A stretch of DNA of 55,941 nucleotides. It comes from a virus (taxonomy: Duplodnaviria; Caudoviricetes). The first letter of the stretch is position 1. Each line of letters starts with the position of its first letter. The notes beneath the pieces are model-generated. The model ran no database searches. It saw nothing but the letters and a program-made list of their open reading frames with translations, and was not told where the DNA came from. Both the position numbers and the translations under genes were made by a program. Of the stretch, positions 36,554 to 46,489 are shown one piece after another. The stretch spans positions 1 to 55,941 of the IMG/VR virus record IMGVR_UViG_3300036715_003593; one strand, given 5' to 3'.

Positions 36554-38228
36554 GTTCGGCCTCATTGTATATGTAAGAAAGAATTTCATCATACTTGTGC
36601 GTCTGTCCACTCTTCAACCAGATTCGGACATGGGTGGGAGTACGTAAACCGTTTAACAGCTCAAATGCTTCTGCAGTGGTATCAGGAGGAGGTATATCGG
36701 TACGCTCCCGCCATAAATCCCGAGCCTTCTTTCTGGCAAAGCCTTCGTGCTCCAAACATAAGTATCCATGGAATACTCGAAGCCCGCAATAATAGCTGAT
36801 CTTAATAGAAGGGGGTCGGTCTGCTTTATCATAGCGAGTATAGGTAACCCTATCCACTTTAAAGGTCTCGGTAACCGGTGCCGCGCTTGCGTTTGCTGCG
36901 ATCAATACATCTGTGCTGGCTGAGTTTACAATCTTAACCTGACGAGGAAACTCATGGCCACAGTTAACACAGAACCTAACGCTGGCATGATTGTAAACTC
37001 CGCAAGCATCGCAAACCTTGACCGGTGCCATCCCGCCGCCTTTGTCACCTTTAGTCTTAGGAAGTACCACATCATTAATTGGACCGAGCCTTTTAGTATT
37101 GCTAGCGAAGTCCAGAACTAAGCAATGCTGCTTGGAACTATTAGCTATGGCCTCCAACCGCCCTTCTTTTGTACCCAGATCATATCCCTTGACGTAATTT
37201 GGTCGCGTGCCCCTGCCGAGCATTTGGACCCATAGCGAAGGCGATTGAGTGGGTCGAAGCATACCAATCAAATCTACAGGAGGGTGATCGAAACCGGTTG
37301 TCAGGATTCCATTGTTTACTATGGCGCGGTATTTGCCTGATTTATAATCAGCCAAATTGGCATCTCGTTCACCCCCAGACATTTTAGAATGCACATAGGT
37401 GGATGCTATTCCCATTCTATTAAGCATTTCGTTTACATGGATAGTGTGCTCGATACCAGAAGCAAAGATTAACCAGCATCTGCGATCTTCTCCGAATTCG
37501 ATCATTTCCTGAACCGCGGCAGCGGTCACGCCATCTATGTCAACAGCTTGTTGGAGCTCATTCTGTTTATACTCCCCACCTGATTTGTGGACACCTGAAA
37601 CATCCAACTCCGTTTTGGTTCGCTTCGGGATGAGGGGGGCTAGATATCCTTCAGACACAAACCAATTGAATGCTTCGAGGGTAGTGGCATCAAAGCAGAT
37701 ATCCGTAAACAGGCCACCTGGATCAGTAAGCATACCCTGTCCGAGCCTGTAATGAGTGGCGGTGAATCCGATCACTTTCAAATATGGGTTAATCGCTTTG
37801 AGGGCGTTTATTATTTTTCGATATTGGGTACTCTCAGAAGGGGATACCAGATGGCATTCATCAATGAGCAATAAATCCACCCTACCGAACTTCGCAAGGT
37901 CTTGTTTAGCGACCGACCCGACTCCACCAAAGGTAATCGGAAAACTAGATTCTTTTCGTTTAAGACCTGAAGAATAAACGCCAGCGGGAGCAGTCGGCCA
38001 AATTGCTAGAAGTTTATTTAGATTTTGTTCGATTAATTCTTTGGAGTGAACCAACTTCATAATTCGGGTGTATGGATACTGTTCGAAAGCCTGGCGGATG
38101 AATTCTGCAATCACTATGCTTTTACCCACTCCAGTGGGCATGGCCACCACGGGGAATCCACTATTACCTTTTATGAAATAGTCGAAGATGCTTTTTACAG
38201 CAGCATATTGGTACTCACGGGGTTTCAT
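36534..38228 (-). CDS. Superfamily 2 helicase (RadD-like) with Zn finger
   Basis: PTGVGKS, DECH, TAT, LTTGFD, QMLGRG.R, CxxC...CxxC. Confidence 0.9.
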   Translation of the reverse strand: MKPREYQYAAVKSIFDYFIKGNSGFPVVAMPTGVGKSIVIAEFIRQAFEQYPYTRIMKLVHSKELIEQNLNKLLAIWPTAPAGVYSSGLKRKESSFPITFGGVGSVAKQDLAKFGRVDLLLIDECHLVSPSESTQYRKIINALKAINPYLKVIGFTATHYRLGQGMLTDPGGLFTDICFDATTLEAFNWFVSEGYLAPLIPKRTKTELDVSGVHKSGGEYKQNELQQAVDIDGVTAAAVQEMIEFGEDRRCWLIFASGIEHTIHVNEMLNRMGIASTYVHSKMSGGERDANLADYKSGKYRAIVNNGILTTGFDHPPVDLIGMLRPTQSPSLWVQMLGRGTRPNYVKGYDLGTKEGRLEAIANSSKQHCLVLDFASNTKRLGPINDVVLPKTKGDKGGGMAPVKVCDACGVYNHASVRFCVNCGHEFPRQVKIVNSASTDVLIAANASAAPVTETFKVDRVTYTRYDKADRPPSIKISYYCGLRVFHGYLCLEHEGFARKKARDLWRERTDIPPPDTTAEAFELLNGLRTPTHVRIWLKSGQTHKYDEILSYIYNEAEHEPQDD

Positions 38229-39154
38229 TGTGCTGACTTAATAACAGGATTCATTTCCCAGAAATCACATTCCGCGCGCTGCTCTTCCGGTGTTAAGATT
38301 TCAGAATCTCCGGCAAGTTTGGCAACCGGATGAACGCATGCCCACTTACCTTCATCCAATATCCGACTCGATATACAAGTGCGGCAATTTTTAACCGGCA
38401 ACATGTCTAGGTGGCAGAGCTTAATATGCGAGCAGAACTTACACTTAAAGAAGCCAGGAGTGTTCGAGATACGAGGAGGTGGAGTAGCCGAATCTATGAT
38501 CATGGCGGAGCGATCCAAGTATCTTTGATATTGAGTGGGATCGAAAGGGATGAGCTCGGCATGCAACTCATCCGTATTCTTATTCACCGCCATATAGAAC
38601 GCCCAAGTCAGACTATTCTTCCCCATATAGATATTCATCTGGGTTACATGCTCCGGCTTGGCAACACGAACGCCGTCCGCAACCAACTTAACGAAAGATT
38701 TTTCTCCGTGAGTTTTAAATTCAGTTATGGCAGCAAGACCTTCGGGGAGGTCCGGAATACCGACTGCTACCCCGTCCATTGATCCACCGAAATGCCCTCT
38801 GTGGCCATTAATTCGAAATTGCTTACCATTGGCGTCTATTTGCCACACTTGGCAACCGATTAGCTTTAACAAGGCTACCATCTTGGGCTCAGCCAGGTGC
38901 CCAGTATTAAATAGTCTTAACATGCGGCCGTCGAATCTTTCGAGGGTGCACCAATGGAAGGAAAACCAAAGTTCACGTGCACATTCTCTACCAATTAACG
39001 ATGCACCCAAGTGATTGCGGAAGTCTTCTTCTTTGGTCGAATAGGCATCTGAAGCAGTGGGCATCAAGTCTTTCAATAACCCGCGATACTTGGCGCCCTG
39101 ATCTTTAATTAAAGCGGCCTCAATGGCAGCTAACGTTTTAGTTGCAATTTGCAT
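38225..39154 (-). CDS. Cas4-like PD-(D/E)XK exonuclease
   Basis: HLGASLIG.EC.R, G..DG, EFKT, Q...YM, C-terminal Cys cluster. Confidence 0.8.
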   Translation of the reverse strand: MQIATKTLAAIEAALIKDQGAKYRGLLKDLMPTASDAYSTKEEDFRNHLGASLIGRECARELWFSFHWCTLERFDGRMLRLFNTGHLAEPKMVALLKLIGCQVWQIDANGKQFRINGHRGHFGGSMDGVAVGIPDLPEGLAAITEFKTHGEKSFVKLVADGVRVAKPEHVTQMNIYMGKNSLTWAFYMAVNKNTDELHAELIPFDPTQYQRYLDRSAMIIDSATPPPRISNTPGFFKCKFCSHIKLCHLDMLPVKNCRTCISSRILDEGKWACVHPVAKLAGDSEILTPEEQRAECDFWEMNPVIKSAQ

Positions 39155-39171
39155 AGCTATTCCTTCGTTAT

Positions 39172-39311
39172 AGTTTAGTGAGGACTCCGAACCTTGTGTA
39201 CCTTAGTCGATCCGGCTACTGAGCTCTCGGCGATCTCAAAGTCCCACCCGTCAAGCTAGTGGCTTATTTATCCGGAGCCCTCACTAAACTGCCCTTCTCA
39301 TAAAAAGGCAG
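39172..39311 (-). ncRNA. Structured intergenic element: hairpin followed by a 20-bp stem enclosing 79 nt
   Basis: 39172-39191 pairs with 39271-39290 (2 G-U pairs on the - strand). Confidence 0.45.
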
Positions 39312-39320
39312 GCTGTTACT

Positions 39321-40070
39321 TTATGCTGCAGGTGCTGCTGGTCTTTGAGCCCAAGGTGGTACCTCTGATGGGGCTTGAGGGGCTACTGGGGCTACTGGTG
39401 CCGGTACTGGGGCAATCGGGGCTACTGGTGCCGGTGCTGCTGCCCACGCTGGTTGTGCTGGTGCCTGCGGGGCTACTGGGGCTACTGGGGCAATCGGGGC
39501 AATCGGGGCTACTGGTGCTGGTGCCTGCGGGGCTACTGGGGCTACTGGTGCCGCTACTGGGGGTTGCCAGGCAGGGGCAGCAGGTGGTGTCCAAGCTGCG
39601 GCTGGTGCAGCAGGTGGCATTCCAGCAGGTGGCATTCCAGGAACCACAACAGTGGTGGCTGCTTGAATTGCCTTATAACCTTTAACCTCGTTACTGGCAT
39701 CATACATATTGCCATCTGGACCTTTACCAGCAGCACGCATTCCCACTTTAACTTGCAGTGGGATGTTATGTAACTGAGCACTGTCTTGAACTTGAATAAC
39801 GCCGGTGGCATGGCAAATAGCTGACAAGGCAGCGTAAGCGATTTCCTGAGCAACCGGATTCTTGTTTTGCAGATTCAAGTTGGTAAAGATTTTGCGTTTT
39901 GCAAACTGACCATCGAGGATGGTGAATTCACAAGCCAGATAGCTACCGTCCGCGGCAGTAGTCGGTTTCATTTCTGAAGCGGTCATCATCATGTTATACC
40001 AGCCTGCCGGAATTACTTCCATGGGTTGTTGCGGTGCTACGTTAGTTGAATCAAAATTAAGTATAGCCAT
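39321..40070 (-). CDS. Single-stranded DNA-binding protein (DUF669-like) with a Pro/Ala-rich repeat tail
   Basis: IPAGWY, L..ICHA.G, N.VKGY motifs; PVAP repeats and PPW. Confidence 0.75.
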   Translation of the reverse strand: MAILNFDSTNVAPQQPMEVIPAGWYNMMMTASEMKPTTAADGSYLACEFTILDGQFAKRKIFTNLNLQNKNPVAQEIAYAALSAICHATGVIQVQDSAQLHNIPLQVKVGMRAAGKGPDGNMYDASNEVKGYKAIQAATTVVVPGMPPAGMPPAAPAAAWTPPAAPAWQPPVAAPVAPVAPQAPAPVAPIAPIAPVAPVAPQAPAQPAWAAAPAPVAPIAPVPAPVAPVAPQAPSEVPPWAQRPAAPAA

Positions 40071-40118
40071 TTTTAATACTCCTTCGTTATGAGACCTCGG
40101 TCTCGGTTAATAAAACTG

Positions 40119-40958
40119 TTAAATGTCGCGATTGAAGTAATCCAAACCACTTGAATTATACACCTCATGAGCTAACGAATTCCACCCTCCAGTCTTTGGA
40201 ATTGAGATGTCATTGAGCATTCCATAGCGGTTGCCGGCAACAAAGCCAGGTGTTCTATTTACACCCAGAATGCGACCTTTGTTGGCAGAGATGCCCCTCA
40301 TTAAAGACTTGCCTTCCACTTCAGCTACAAATAAAGGCTCATGTAAGAAACCGATCAAGTCTGCCCACTGAGTCAACATTTCGCGCTTACCGTGAGTCTT
40401 TTGGTTCTTAGGGGAATGTAACAACAAGTCCCAAGTGTCGAACTCACCGAAAGCTGGATCCATAACCTTGGCAGCAAATACGTGACAGGTCAAGATGATG
40501 TTAATCCCGCCATGCGTGGCAAGCCAGTCACATTGTTGCAAGAAGCCATGGAAAAGCTCGTTGGAATATTGATAAGCCTTTCCATATCCCCCGAGTGCGC
40601 TTTCCATAGTTAGGGCTTTCTTGTTTCCTTTACCATAGGTCGGATCAGCTTGGAGCACTGCGTCATGGATCATACGCTCCAAAGCGGTGGCACTATCAAA
40701 TACCAACGTCTGGTAAGGGAACTCGCCCGTTTGAACCTTGGCAACGATCTCACCTAAAAGAATCATCAAGTCACCATATGTGGTCAACAATGGGGTCTTG
40801 TTAACTACAACGCCAGCAAAGCCCTGTTCGAGAGGTACCAGCAAGGCACGTGGAGCATTGCATGCCAAAGTGGTTTTACCCACTTTCTCAATACCAGAGA
40901 TGACGGCTCGAATGCCGACCTTCTGGTTACTGCTGTTTACATAGTCGAGAATTCCCAT
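40119..40958 (-). CDS. AAA_24/Sak4-like ATPase (recombination)
   Basis: G.EKVGKTT Walker A, TLVFDS, GYGK.Y, QWAD motifs. Confidence 0.8.
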   Translation of the reverse strand: MGILDYVNSSNQKVGIRAVISGIEKVGKTTLACNAPRALLVPLEQGFAGVVVNKTPLLTTYGDLMILLGEIVAKVQTGEFPYQTLVFDSATALERMIHDAVLQADPTYGKGNKKALTMESALGGYGKAYQYSNELFHGFLQQCDWLATHGGINIILTCHVFAAKVMDPAFGEFDTWDLLLHSPKNQKTHGKREMLTQWADLIGFLHEPLFVAEVEGKSLMRGISANKGRILGVNRTPGFVAGNRYGMLNDISIPKTGGWNSLAHEVYNSSGLDYFNRDI

Positions 40959-40960
40959 GA

Positions 40961-41197
40961 TTAACCTCCGACGAGGTCAAGAACTGCACAGTTGGTCATA
41001 ACACTATGGAGACCTGATTCCAACGCTGAACCAGCTTTTAAATAAGCATCTCTAGCCTCCATGAAATCGCGATCTGCTTGGATTTTAATATCCTGAGTAA
41101 TACGCAGGTTTTCAGCTGCCTGCTCACAACGGATTTGAAGAGCACCCAGATCCGTTGTGTTTGCTTTTGATACGGTCTTACGTTTCGATTTAGACAT
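40961..41197 (-). CDS. Hypothetical protein
   Basis: aaggag RBS; 78 aa. Confidence 0.6.
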   Translation of the reverse strand: MSKSKRKTVSKANTTDLGALQIRCEQAAENLRITQDIKIQADRDFMEARDAYLKAGSALESGLHSVMTNCAVLDLVGG

Positions 41198-41225
41198 CTT
41201 GTTTCTCCTTATTAAAGTTTACAAA

Positions 41226-41450
41226 TTAGAACGACCATGACCCCGACCATGACCGCGACCATGACCATGACCATGACTGTGACCCCGACAGTGACCATGA
41301 CCCCGACCGTGACCGCGACCGCGACCATGACCGCGACCGCGACCATGACCCCGACCGTGACCCCGACCGCGACAGTGACCCCGACAGTGACCCCGACAGT
41401 GACCCCGACAGTGACCGTGACCATTGTTCTCGCAACATAATGGCGTTCAT
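41226..41450 (-). CDS. Ser-X (X = R/W/G/L) dipeptide-repeat protein
   Basis: TAATG coupling to the upstream gene selects this frame; hexamer repeat NNG-TCR. Confidence 0.6.
   Translation of the reverse strand: MNAIMLREQWSRSLSGSLSGSLSGSLSRSGSRSGSWSRSRSWSRSRSRSGSWSLSGSQSWSWSWSRSWSGSWSF
41233..41422. repeat. Degenerate hexanucleotide repeat (about 30 units)
   Basis: gaccat/gaccgc/gacccc/gacagt units on the + strand. Confidence 0.95.
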
Positions 41451-41791
41451 TACTTTTGGCTCCGAGGAAGATCTTTCTTCAACTCACACATATCCAGCAG
41501 AGCACCGCGATTGATATATACCGGCAATCCTTCAGGGTAAGGCTCGCACTCTCTAACCGACCCATTTGCTACAAACTGCATGAAACGATCGGTTTCTGGA
41601 ATCCAGGAGCAGTCAACAAGTATCAGATCGCTTTCGGTTACTTCTTGCAGCCGACCTGTATAAATCATAGTCACTGTGCGTACAATTACATTCTTGCCAA
41701 CCGGATAATTGCTTACGACTTGCGCCGGAGCAACAATGCTCATGGCTAGTATTTCACGCAATTGCTTAAGAGTTAAATCTTCAATGTTCAT
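41450..41791 (-). CDS. Hypothetical protein, possible Sm/SH3-like beta barrel
   Basis: GK.V.VRTVT...TG.L..V....L.L.D..W pattern. Confidence 0.65.
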   Translation of the reverse strand: MNIEDLTLKQLREILAMSIVAPAQVVSNYPVGKNVIVRTVTMIYTGRLQEVTESDLILVDCSWIPETDRFMQFVANGSVRECEPYPEGLPVYINRGALLDMCELKKDLPRSQK

Positions 41792-41804
41792 CTTGTTTCT
41801 CCTT

Positions 41805-41984
41805 TTAGTATGTTATTAAATCTATTACCCAATCGGGTTCAAGTCCGAATTGTTCCATCAAAATCTTTTCCGGATCGGCACCGGCAGCAACTTGTTCTCT
41901 TGCCCAGTTAACTGCTTCTTCGGCATCTGCGCGAGATAGATGATCACGTTTCATCAATACCTCAAACAATTGATCGCTTGTCAT
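41805..41984 (-). CDS. Small hypothetical protein, 59 aa (not in the ORF track)
   Basis: MTSDQLFEVLMKRD...DPEKILMEQFGLEPDWVIDLITY; aaggag RBS. Confidence 0.65.
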   Translation of the reverse strand: MTSDQLFEVLMKRDHLSRADAEEAVNWAREQVAAGADPEKILMEQFGLEPDWVIDLITY

Positions 41985-41985
41985 A

Positions 41986-42417
41986 TTACTTCTCCTTAGG
42001 TTCTACAAGTTCCATTGTAGGGGAAGCCGGCTTAATAGTCAAACAAGTGTCGAACACTTTTACAGCTTCTTTATTACTAATCATCATAGCCTTGTAAGTT
42101 TTAGTAGCCAGCTCCGGTTTCATATTAACCACTGTATCGAAATTGATACCTTTAGATCGCAGTTCAGTTAATACCTCTTGCAAAACGGTTTCATCAATCT
42201 TACGATCGATCTTGTGGGTAAGTTTTAACTTCCAACCACTGGGCAATTCAATAGTATTAACACCTTCAACTGGGTCCGGAAAGAACATGGCTGAAACTTC
42301 CTTGCGAAGGGCTTGCTCTTTTTCGACCAGAGGCTTGGCAGCGGCGGCAGCTTGAAGGGCTTCATACCATTCTTGCAACTTGGCTTGCTTCGGCTCAAGA
42401 TTAAAAGGAATGGTCAT
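41986..42417 (-). CDS. Hypothetical coiled-coil phage protein (recombination module)
   Basis: E..LRK.....FP.P.EG.NT..L..GW.LK; ATGA overlap. Confidence 0.65.
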   Translation of the reverse strand: MTIPFNLEPKQAKLQEWYEALQAAAAAKPLVEKEQALRKEVSAMFFPDPVEGVNTIELPSGWKLKLTHKIDRKIDETVLQEVLTELRSKGINFDTVVNMKPELATKTYKAMMISNKEAVKVFDTCLTIKPASPTMELVEPKEK

Positions 42418-42884
42418 GATTTATCTCCTTCCAACTCTATTTTGACATTCAAAGGAGATTGTAACGTTTTGAGCAGCAATAGCTCACGTATTTTTGTTTC
42501 AGGTTTCCAATAATTAGGACCCTTCAAGAACTTACCTTGTTCGTTATAAATAGGCTCACCATCTGCTCCAAGTTTACTTTCGTTACTATCCATGATGATT
42601 TCCAAAACTTCCTCCAGAGGAATACCATACTTCAGTGCTTCAGAGCGGCAGTAAACTACAATGTCACCAAGCCAGTCTGCTATCATAGTTAGAGCCTCGA
42701 GGTCATCGATACCATTATCCATAGCATCTACTATATCTCTACCTTCGCCGATCTCATCCGCTAAGGTCACCCCAAAATTGTCAATTCTTTGTATGGTATT
42801 AGCACCCAATGTGGGTACAAACTTAATTGGCAATTTATACATTTCATTCATTGCCAGGATACGTTGTGCAAAAGTCTTACTCAT
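42414..42884 (-). CDS. MazG-like/PRA-PH nucleotide pyrophosphohydrolase
   Basis: DE..E, D.LGD, SN.SKL..DG.PIY...GK.LKGPNY..P. Confidence 0.8.
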   Translation of the reverse strand: MSKTFAQRILAMNEMYKLPIKFVPTLGANTIQRIDNFGVTLADEIGEGRDIVDAMDNGIDDLEALTMIADWLGDIVVYCRSEALKYGIPLEEVLEIIMDSNESKLGADGEPIYNEQGKFLKGPNYWKPETKIRELLLLKTLQSPLNVKIELEGDKS

Positions 42885-43603
42885 TTTTGTTGCTCCTTTT
42901 CTTGTTTAAATAATTTCCAAGTCTGAGGGAATCTTTCTGCAATCAATGTTCCAACTGCATCGGCATATACTCGAATCTCCCACTGTGCGGACGGATGAGA
43001 ACGCAGGGTTAAGAATGCCATCCAATTGCGCAGGTTGGCACTAGCACGCATCCGGGAATATCGCGCCACCGGAACAGGAAGACGAGCCAGTTCTTTAGGC
43101 ATACCAATTCGGAGTCCGTATTCATAAGTCTCTTGGGCATCCTCATAAGAACGGATTAATTTGTCGCGCCAAACTTCTGCTTGAATACAAGTCAATCCGC
43201 CTGAACCTTGAGCCTGCTTGTTCGCGGTTATAATATTGGCTCCGTCCATCATGCGCTCAATGCTCGGAATGTAATTCTCATCCGGCAATGGAATATAACG
43301 AGCTGACATTTCGTTGTAGCTTTGAGTGCGGTGGCGATGCCATTCACGGAATACAAAGATCGGCGCCTTGATCTCAATAATCATGCCGGCCATCTCGAAA
43401 GGGGTATGGTGTTTGTTGTTGTAGAGATAGCCAAGCAATTTTTCATCGCCAGGTTGGCCAGGAGTTCCCCAACCGTTGAAGCCTTTACCGGTGGACATGC
43501 GAGCCGCTTCAATAACAGACTCGTCGCTACCCCAAGATTCAACTAACTTAATATAACCTTTGTCGAGGATTTGAATAGACTCTTTTTCAACTAGCTGTAT
43601 CAT
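42881..43603 (-). CDS. thyX: Flavin-dependent thymidylate synthase
   Basis: AARMS, H.TPFE, RHR..SYNE.SARY, E.AR..P, AQWEIR. Confidence 0.92.
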   Translation of the reverse strand: MIQLVEKESIQILDKGYIKLVESWGSDESVIEAARMSTGKGFNGWGTPGQPGDEKLLGYLYNNKHHTPFEMAGMIIEIKAPIFVFREWHRHRTQSYNEMSARYIPLPDENYIPSIERMMDGANIITANKQAQGSGGLTCIQAEVWRDKLIRSYEDAQETYEYGLRIGMPKELARLPVPVARYSRMRASANLRNWMAFLTLRSHPSAQWEIRVYADAVGTLIAERFPQTWKLFKQEKEQQK

Positions 43604-43880
43604 TGGTAATTACTCCTTTAGTTCCTTTAATAGTCGGTACAACATATTCTTCAGCCCGCATCTCACTATAGCGTTCCAGACTCAATTGAGCTTCGTAAAT
43701 ATCCTGGCTGATATCTTTGCCTGCGCCTCGACCGCCAGCAACCAACAACTTCTTAATCGCATGTTGTAAACACGGATCGGTAACTTCAAACATTTTAAGG
43801 ACGCGGTATACATCAACGGTCTCTGTGCCAGGTGGGACGGTTTTATAGTAATGAGGATTCTTCTCTGCGGCTTGTGACAT
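43587..43880 (-). CDS. Conserved phage hypothetical protein
   Basis: DVYRVL..F.VTDP.LQHAIKKLL..G.RG.KD motif. Confidence 0.7.
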   Translation of the reverse strand: MSQAAEKNPHYYKTVPPGTETVDVYRVLKMFEVTDPCLQHAIKKLLVAGGRGAGKDISQDIYEAQLSLERYSEMRAEEYVVPTIKGTKGVITNDTAS

Positions 43881-43910
43881 TTTATTTCCCTTCTTGGTTA
43901 AGGTGGAGCC

Positions 43911-43997
43911 ATTATATTGAATAGGGAGAAGGATCTTCAACCCCTATTTAGTTCCCCTTAAAAGGGGGTGGTGAATAAAATTATTACCCTATATAAT
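43911..43997. promoter_or_regulatory. Divergent promoter region
   Basis: - strand TTGAAG-18-TATAAT (43940-43911); + strand TATAAT at 43992. Confidence 0.5.
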
Positions 43998-44028
43998 TGC
44001 CCGGTCAAATTTCACTCAAGGGGGCACC

Positions 44029-44241
44029 ATGTCAAGCAAAGAAGGACTATTCGATCAACCGAATTCGTTAATGGTAGAAACCATTAAGCTGGTTAAGAAA
44101 GCTGACCTAATTAAAATCAGTTATGAAACTGGAATTCCTTTTTACTGGTTACGGAAATTCAAAGAAGGGGTGTATCAAAATCCTAGCTGTAATAGAGTAC
44201 AGTATCTATATGAGCATCTTTCCAACACTAAATTAGTTTAA
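44029..44241 (+). CDS. Small HTH (Cro-like) protein
   Basis: IS.ETGI...WL.KF..G...NP....VQ.L. Confidence 0.65.
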   Translation: MSSKEGLFDQPNSLMVETIKLVKKADLIKISYETGIPFYWLRKFKEGVYQNPSCNRVQYLYEHLSNTKLV

Positions 44242-44249
44242 AGGCAACC

Positions 44250-46484
44250 ATGAATCCAAATTGGAATAATGTGCCTTTCGAGTTGAGGCAGCTTAAACAA
44301 TGGGTCTGTACCAATACAGACAAAGTTCCACTTAATCCGATAACCAAGAAAGGTGCCTCACCGACCGATCCGAAAACATGGGGCACCTTTCAACAGGCTT
44401 GCGAAGCTGGGATGCCAGCAATCGGTTTTGTAATAACAGCACAAGATCCATACACTTTTATAGACTTAGATCATACAGACGACCTAACCCAGTTAACCCG
44501 TCAGACTAAGATATATGAATCTTTCAATAGTTATTCTGAAAGATCAGTCTCCGGCAAAGGTGCCCATATAATAGTCAAGGGCAGAATCCCAGCCGGTGTT
44601 CGTCGGGACAAAGTAGAAGTCTATTCAGCGGAACGATATATGATCTGCACCGGAGACATTCTACGCAATGCCCCAATCAATGATTATCAAGCCCTACTTG
44701 ATGTCTTGTATAATGAGATGCAAAATACGGCTCCAGTGGTTGAGTTACAAGAAACGGAAGCCGACCTCAACGATGAAGATATTGTGGACAGAGCCATGCG
44801 CGCGAGCAATGCGGACAAATTCAATTCGCTTTGCTCTGGCGAGATAGCCGAATACCCAAGCCAGTCGGAAGCAGACTTCGCTCTCCTCAGTATCATTGCT
44901 TTCTATACCAAGAGCAATGAACAAGTGCGACGCATTTTCCGGATGACTAAACTCGGCAAGCGGGAAAAGGCAATCAAGAATAATACTTATCTAGACTTCG
45001 CACTTCGCAAGGTACGCGCGCAGCAACCCGAGCCAATAGATATGGCACAAGTGTCTGCGAATGCTATAGCGATAATGAAGCCTAAGATCGTTCTGATGCC
45101 AGCACAAAACGTTCCAATGGAAACCCCACAGGTTCCAATAAAATCTGACTGCCAGCCAATCCCAATTGAACTTCCACCTGGACTTGTCGGCGAGATAGCC
45201 CAATACTTTTATCAATCCTCCATTCGACCGGTAGCCGAGATATCCATGGTTGCGGCTATTGCTTGCGTTGCCGGAGTAGCTGGCAGGGCTTACAACATTT
45301 CTGGTCAAGGGCTTTCTCAGTATCTTATTCTACTAGCGCGAACCGGTACCGGTAAAGAAGCAGCCTCCTCAGGTATATCTAGATTGTTTCAATCTATTCG
45401 ACCCATGTTACCAATGTCAGACCAGTTTCTCGGACCATCTGTGTTTGCATCTGGACCTGCCCTTCAGCGAGTGCTATCAGAACGACCCTGCTTTGTTTCC
45501 ATCTTAGGAGAATTCGGATATACCGTTCAAAGGCTATCCAGTCCAAATGCAAACTCCGCCGAACTGACCTTGAAGCAATTGCTTCTCGATGTGTATGGTA
45601 AATCCGGTTTCGGTCAAACCTTACAGGCTTCAGTCTATTCTGATAAAGAAAAGAACGTTAATCCAGTTGCCAGTCCTAATATAACTATCTTGGGTGAAAG
45701 CACCCCGGAATCATTTTACGAAGGTTTGGACCAATCTCATATTGCATCCGGTTTTCTCAGCCGGTTTTTGATTTTGGAATACACCGGCGACCGACCAGAG
45801 CTTAATGATAACCACAATATGCCACCATCCGATCAGTTAAAACAAAAGTTCGCAGATCTAATGACAGTGGTTATTACCACTACGAACAACAATACTTGTC
45901 TTCAGGTGAAACAGGATAAAGAAGCTCAAGATTTGTTAACTAAGTTTAATTTGAAAGTGGATGGCAAAATTAGAGCGGCTGGCGGAGACGCTATTCGGGA
46001 AATATGGAATCGTGCTCACCTCAAGGCTTTAAAGTTGGCAGCATTAATATCCGTGGGTAATAACCCTCATATGCCGCTCGTGGACGCGCTTTCAGCCAGG
46101 TGGGCAATACATATGGTGGAATCGGATTGTCAAGCCCTACAAAAGCGTTTTTCAGCCGGCGACATCGGTACTGGGGACAGTAAGCAGATTAACGATGTCA
46201 AGCGAATTATCGAAAATTACTTGAGTTTGCCATTTGGAGACGTTGTCAAATACGGTGCCACGGAAAAGTTATACAAAGCCCACGTGGTTCCATACCAATT
46301 CGTTATCAAAAAAACCTATAGCTTATCCTCGTTCAAGAACGATAGATCGGGTAGTACTGTGGCACTGAAGCGAACTATCCAAACCATGATGGATATGGGC
46401 ATGCTGAAAGAAATTCCGAAAGCCCAACTAGAACAAGCTTATGAATATACTGGTGGTGCCTACTCGATCGGCAGGCATTGGTAG
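44250..46484 (+). CDS. Primase-polymerase/helicase (NrS-1-like prim-pol plus C-terminal helicase-like domain)
   Basis: WV...KVP, IDLD, E.S.SG.G.HI, SEAD..L, TGTGKE Walker-A-like motif. Confidence 0.82.
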   Translation: MNPNWNNVPFELRQLKQWVCTNTDKVPLNPITKKGASPTDPKTWGTFQQACEAGMPAIGFVITAQDPYTFIDLDHTDDLTQLTRQTKIYESFNSYSERSVSGKGAHIIVKGRIPAGVRRDKVEVYSAERYMICTGDILRNAPINDYQALLDVLYNEMQNTAPVVELQETEADLNDEDIVDRAMRASNADKFNSLCSGEIAEYPSQSEADFALLSIIAFYTKSNEQVRRIFRMTKLGKREKAIKNNTYLDFALRKVRAQQPEPIDMAQVSANAIAIMKPKIVLMPAQNVPMETPQVPIKSDCQPIPIELPPGLVGEIAQYFYQSSIRPVAEISMVAAIACVAGVAGRAYNISGQGLSQYLILLARTGTGKEAASSGISRLFQSIRPMLPMSDQFLGPSVFASGPALQRVLSERPCFVSILGEFGYTVQRLSSPNANSAELTLKQLLLDVYGKSGFGQTLQASVYSDKEKNVNPVASPNITILGESTPESFYEGLDQSHIASGFLSRFLILEYTGDRPELNDNHNMPPSDQLKQKFADLMTVVITTTNNNTCLQVKQDKEAQDLLTKFNLKVDGKIRAAGGDAIREIWNRAHLKALKLAALISVGNNPHMPLVDALSARWAIHMVESDCQALQKRFSAGDIGTGDSKQINDVKRIIENYLSLPFGDVVKYGATEKLYKAHVVPYQFVIKKTYSLSSFKNDRSGSTVALKRTIQTMMDMGMLKEIPKAQLEQAYEYTGGAYSIGRHW

Positions 46485-46489
46485 TAATC

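Noticed and set aside
39316-39853. Overlapping alternative ORFs (GYWC, LLGLLV and SSPSSP repeats)
   Set aside because: Shadows of the Pro/Ala repeat tail of the SSB gene.
41233-41422. CRISPR array, given the nearby Cas4-like nuclease
   Set aside because: A simple hexamer repeat without spacers; Cas4-like nucleases are common stand-alone phage recombination genes.
43940-44241. Lysogeny switch (cI/cro) at the divergent promoters
   Set aside because: Only one small HTH gene; no repressor with peptidase domain, integrase or partition genes recognised.
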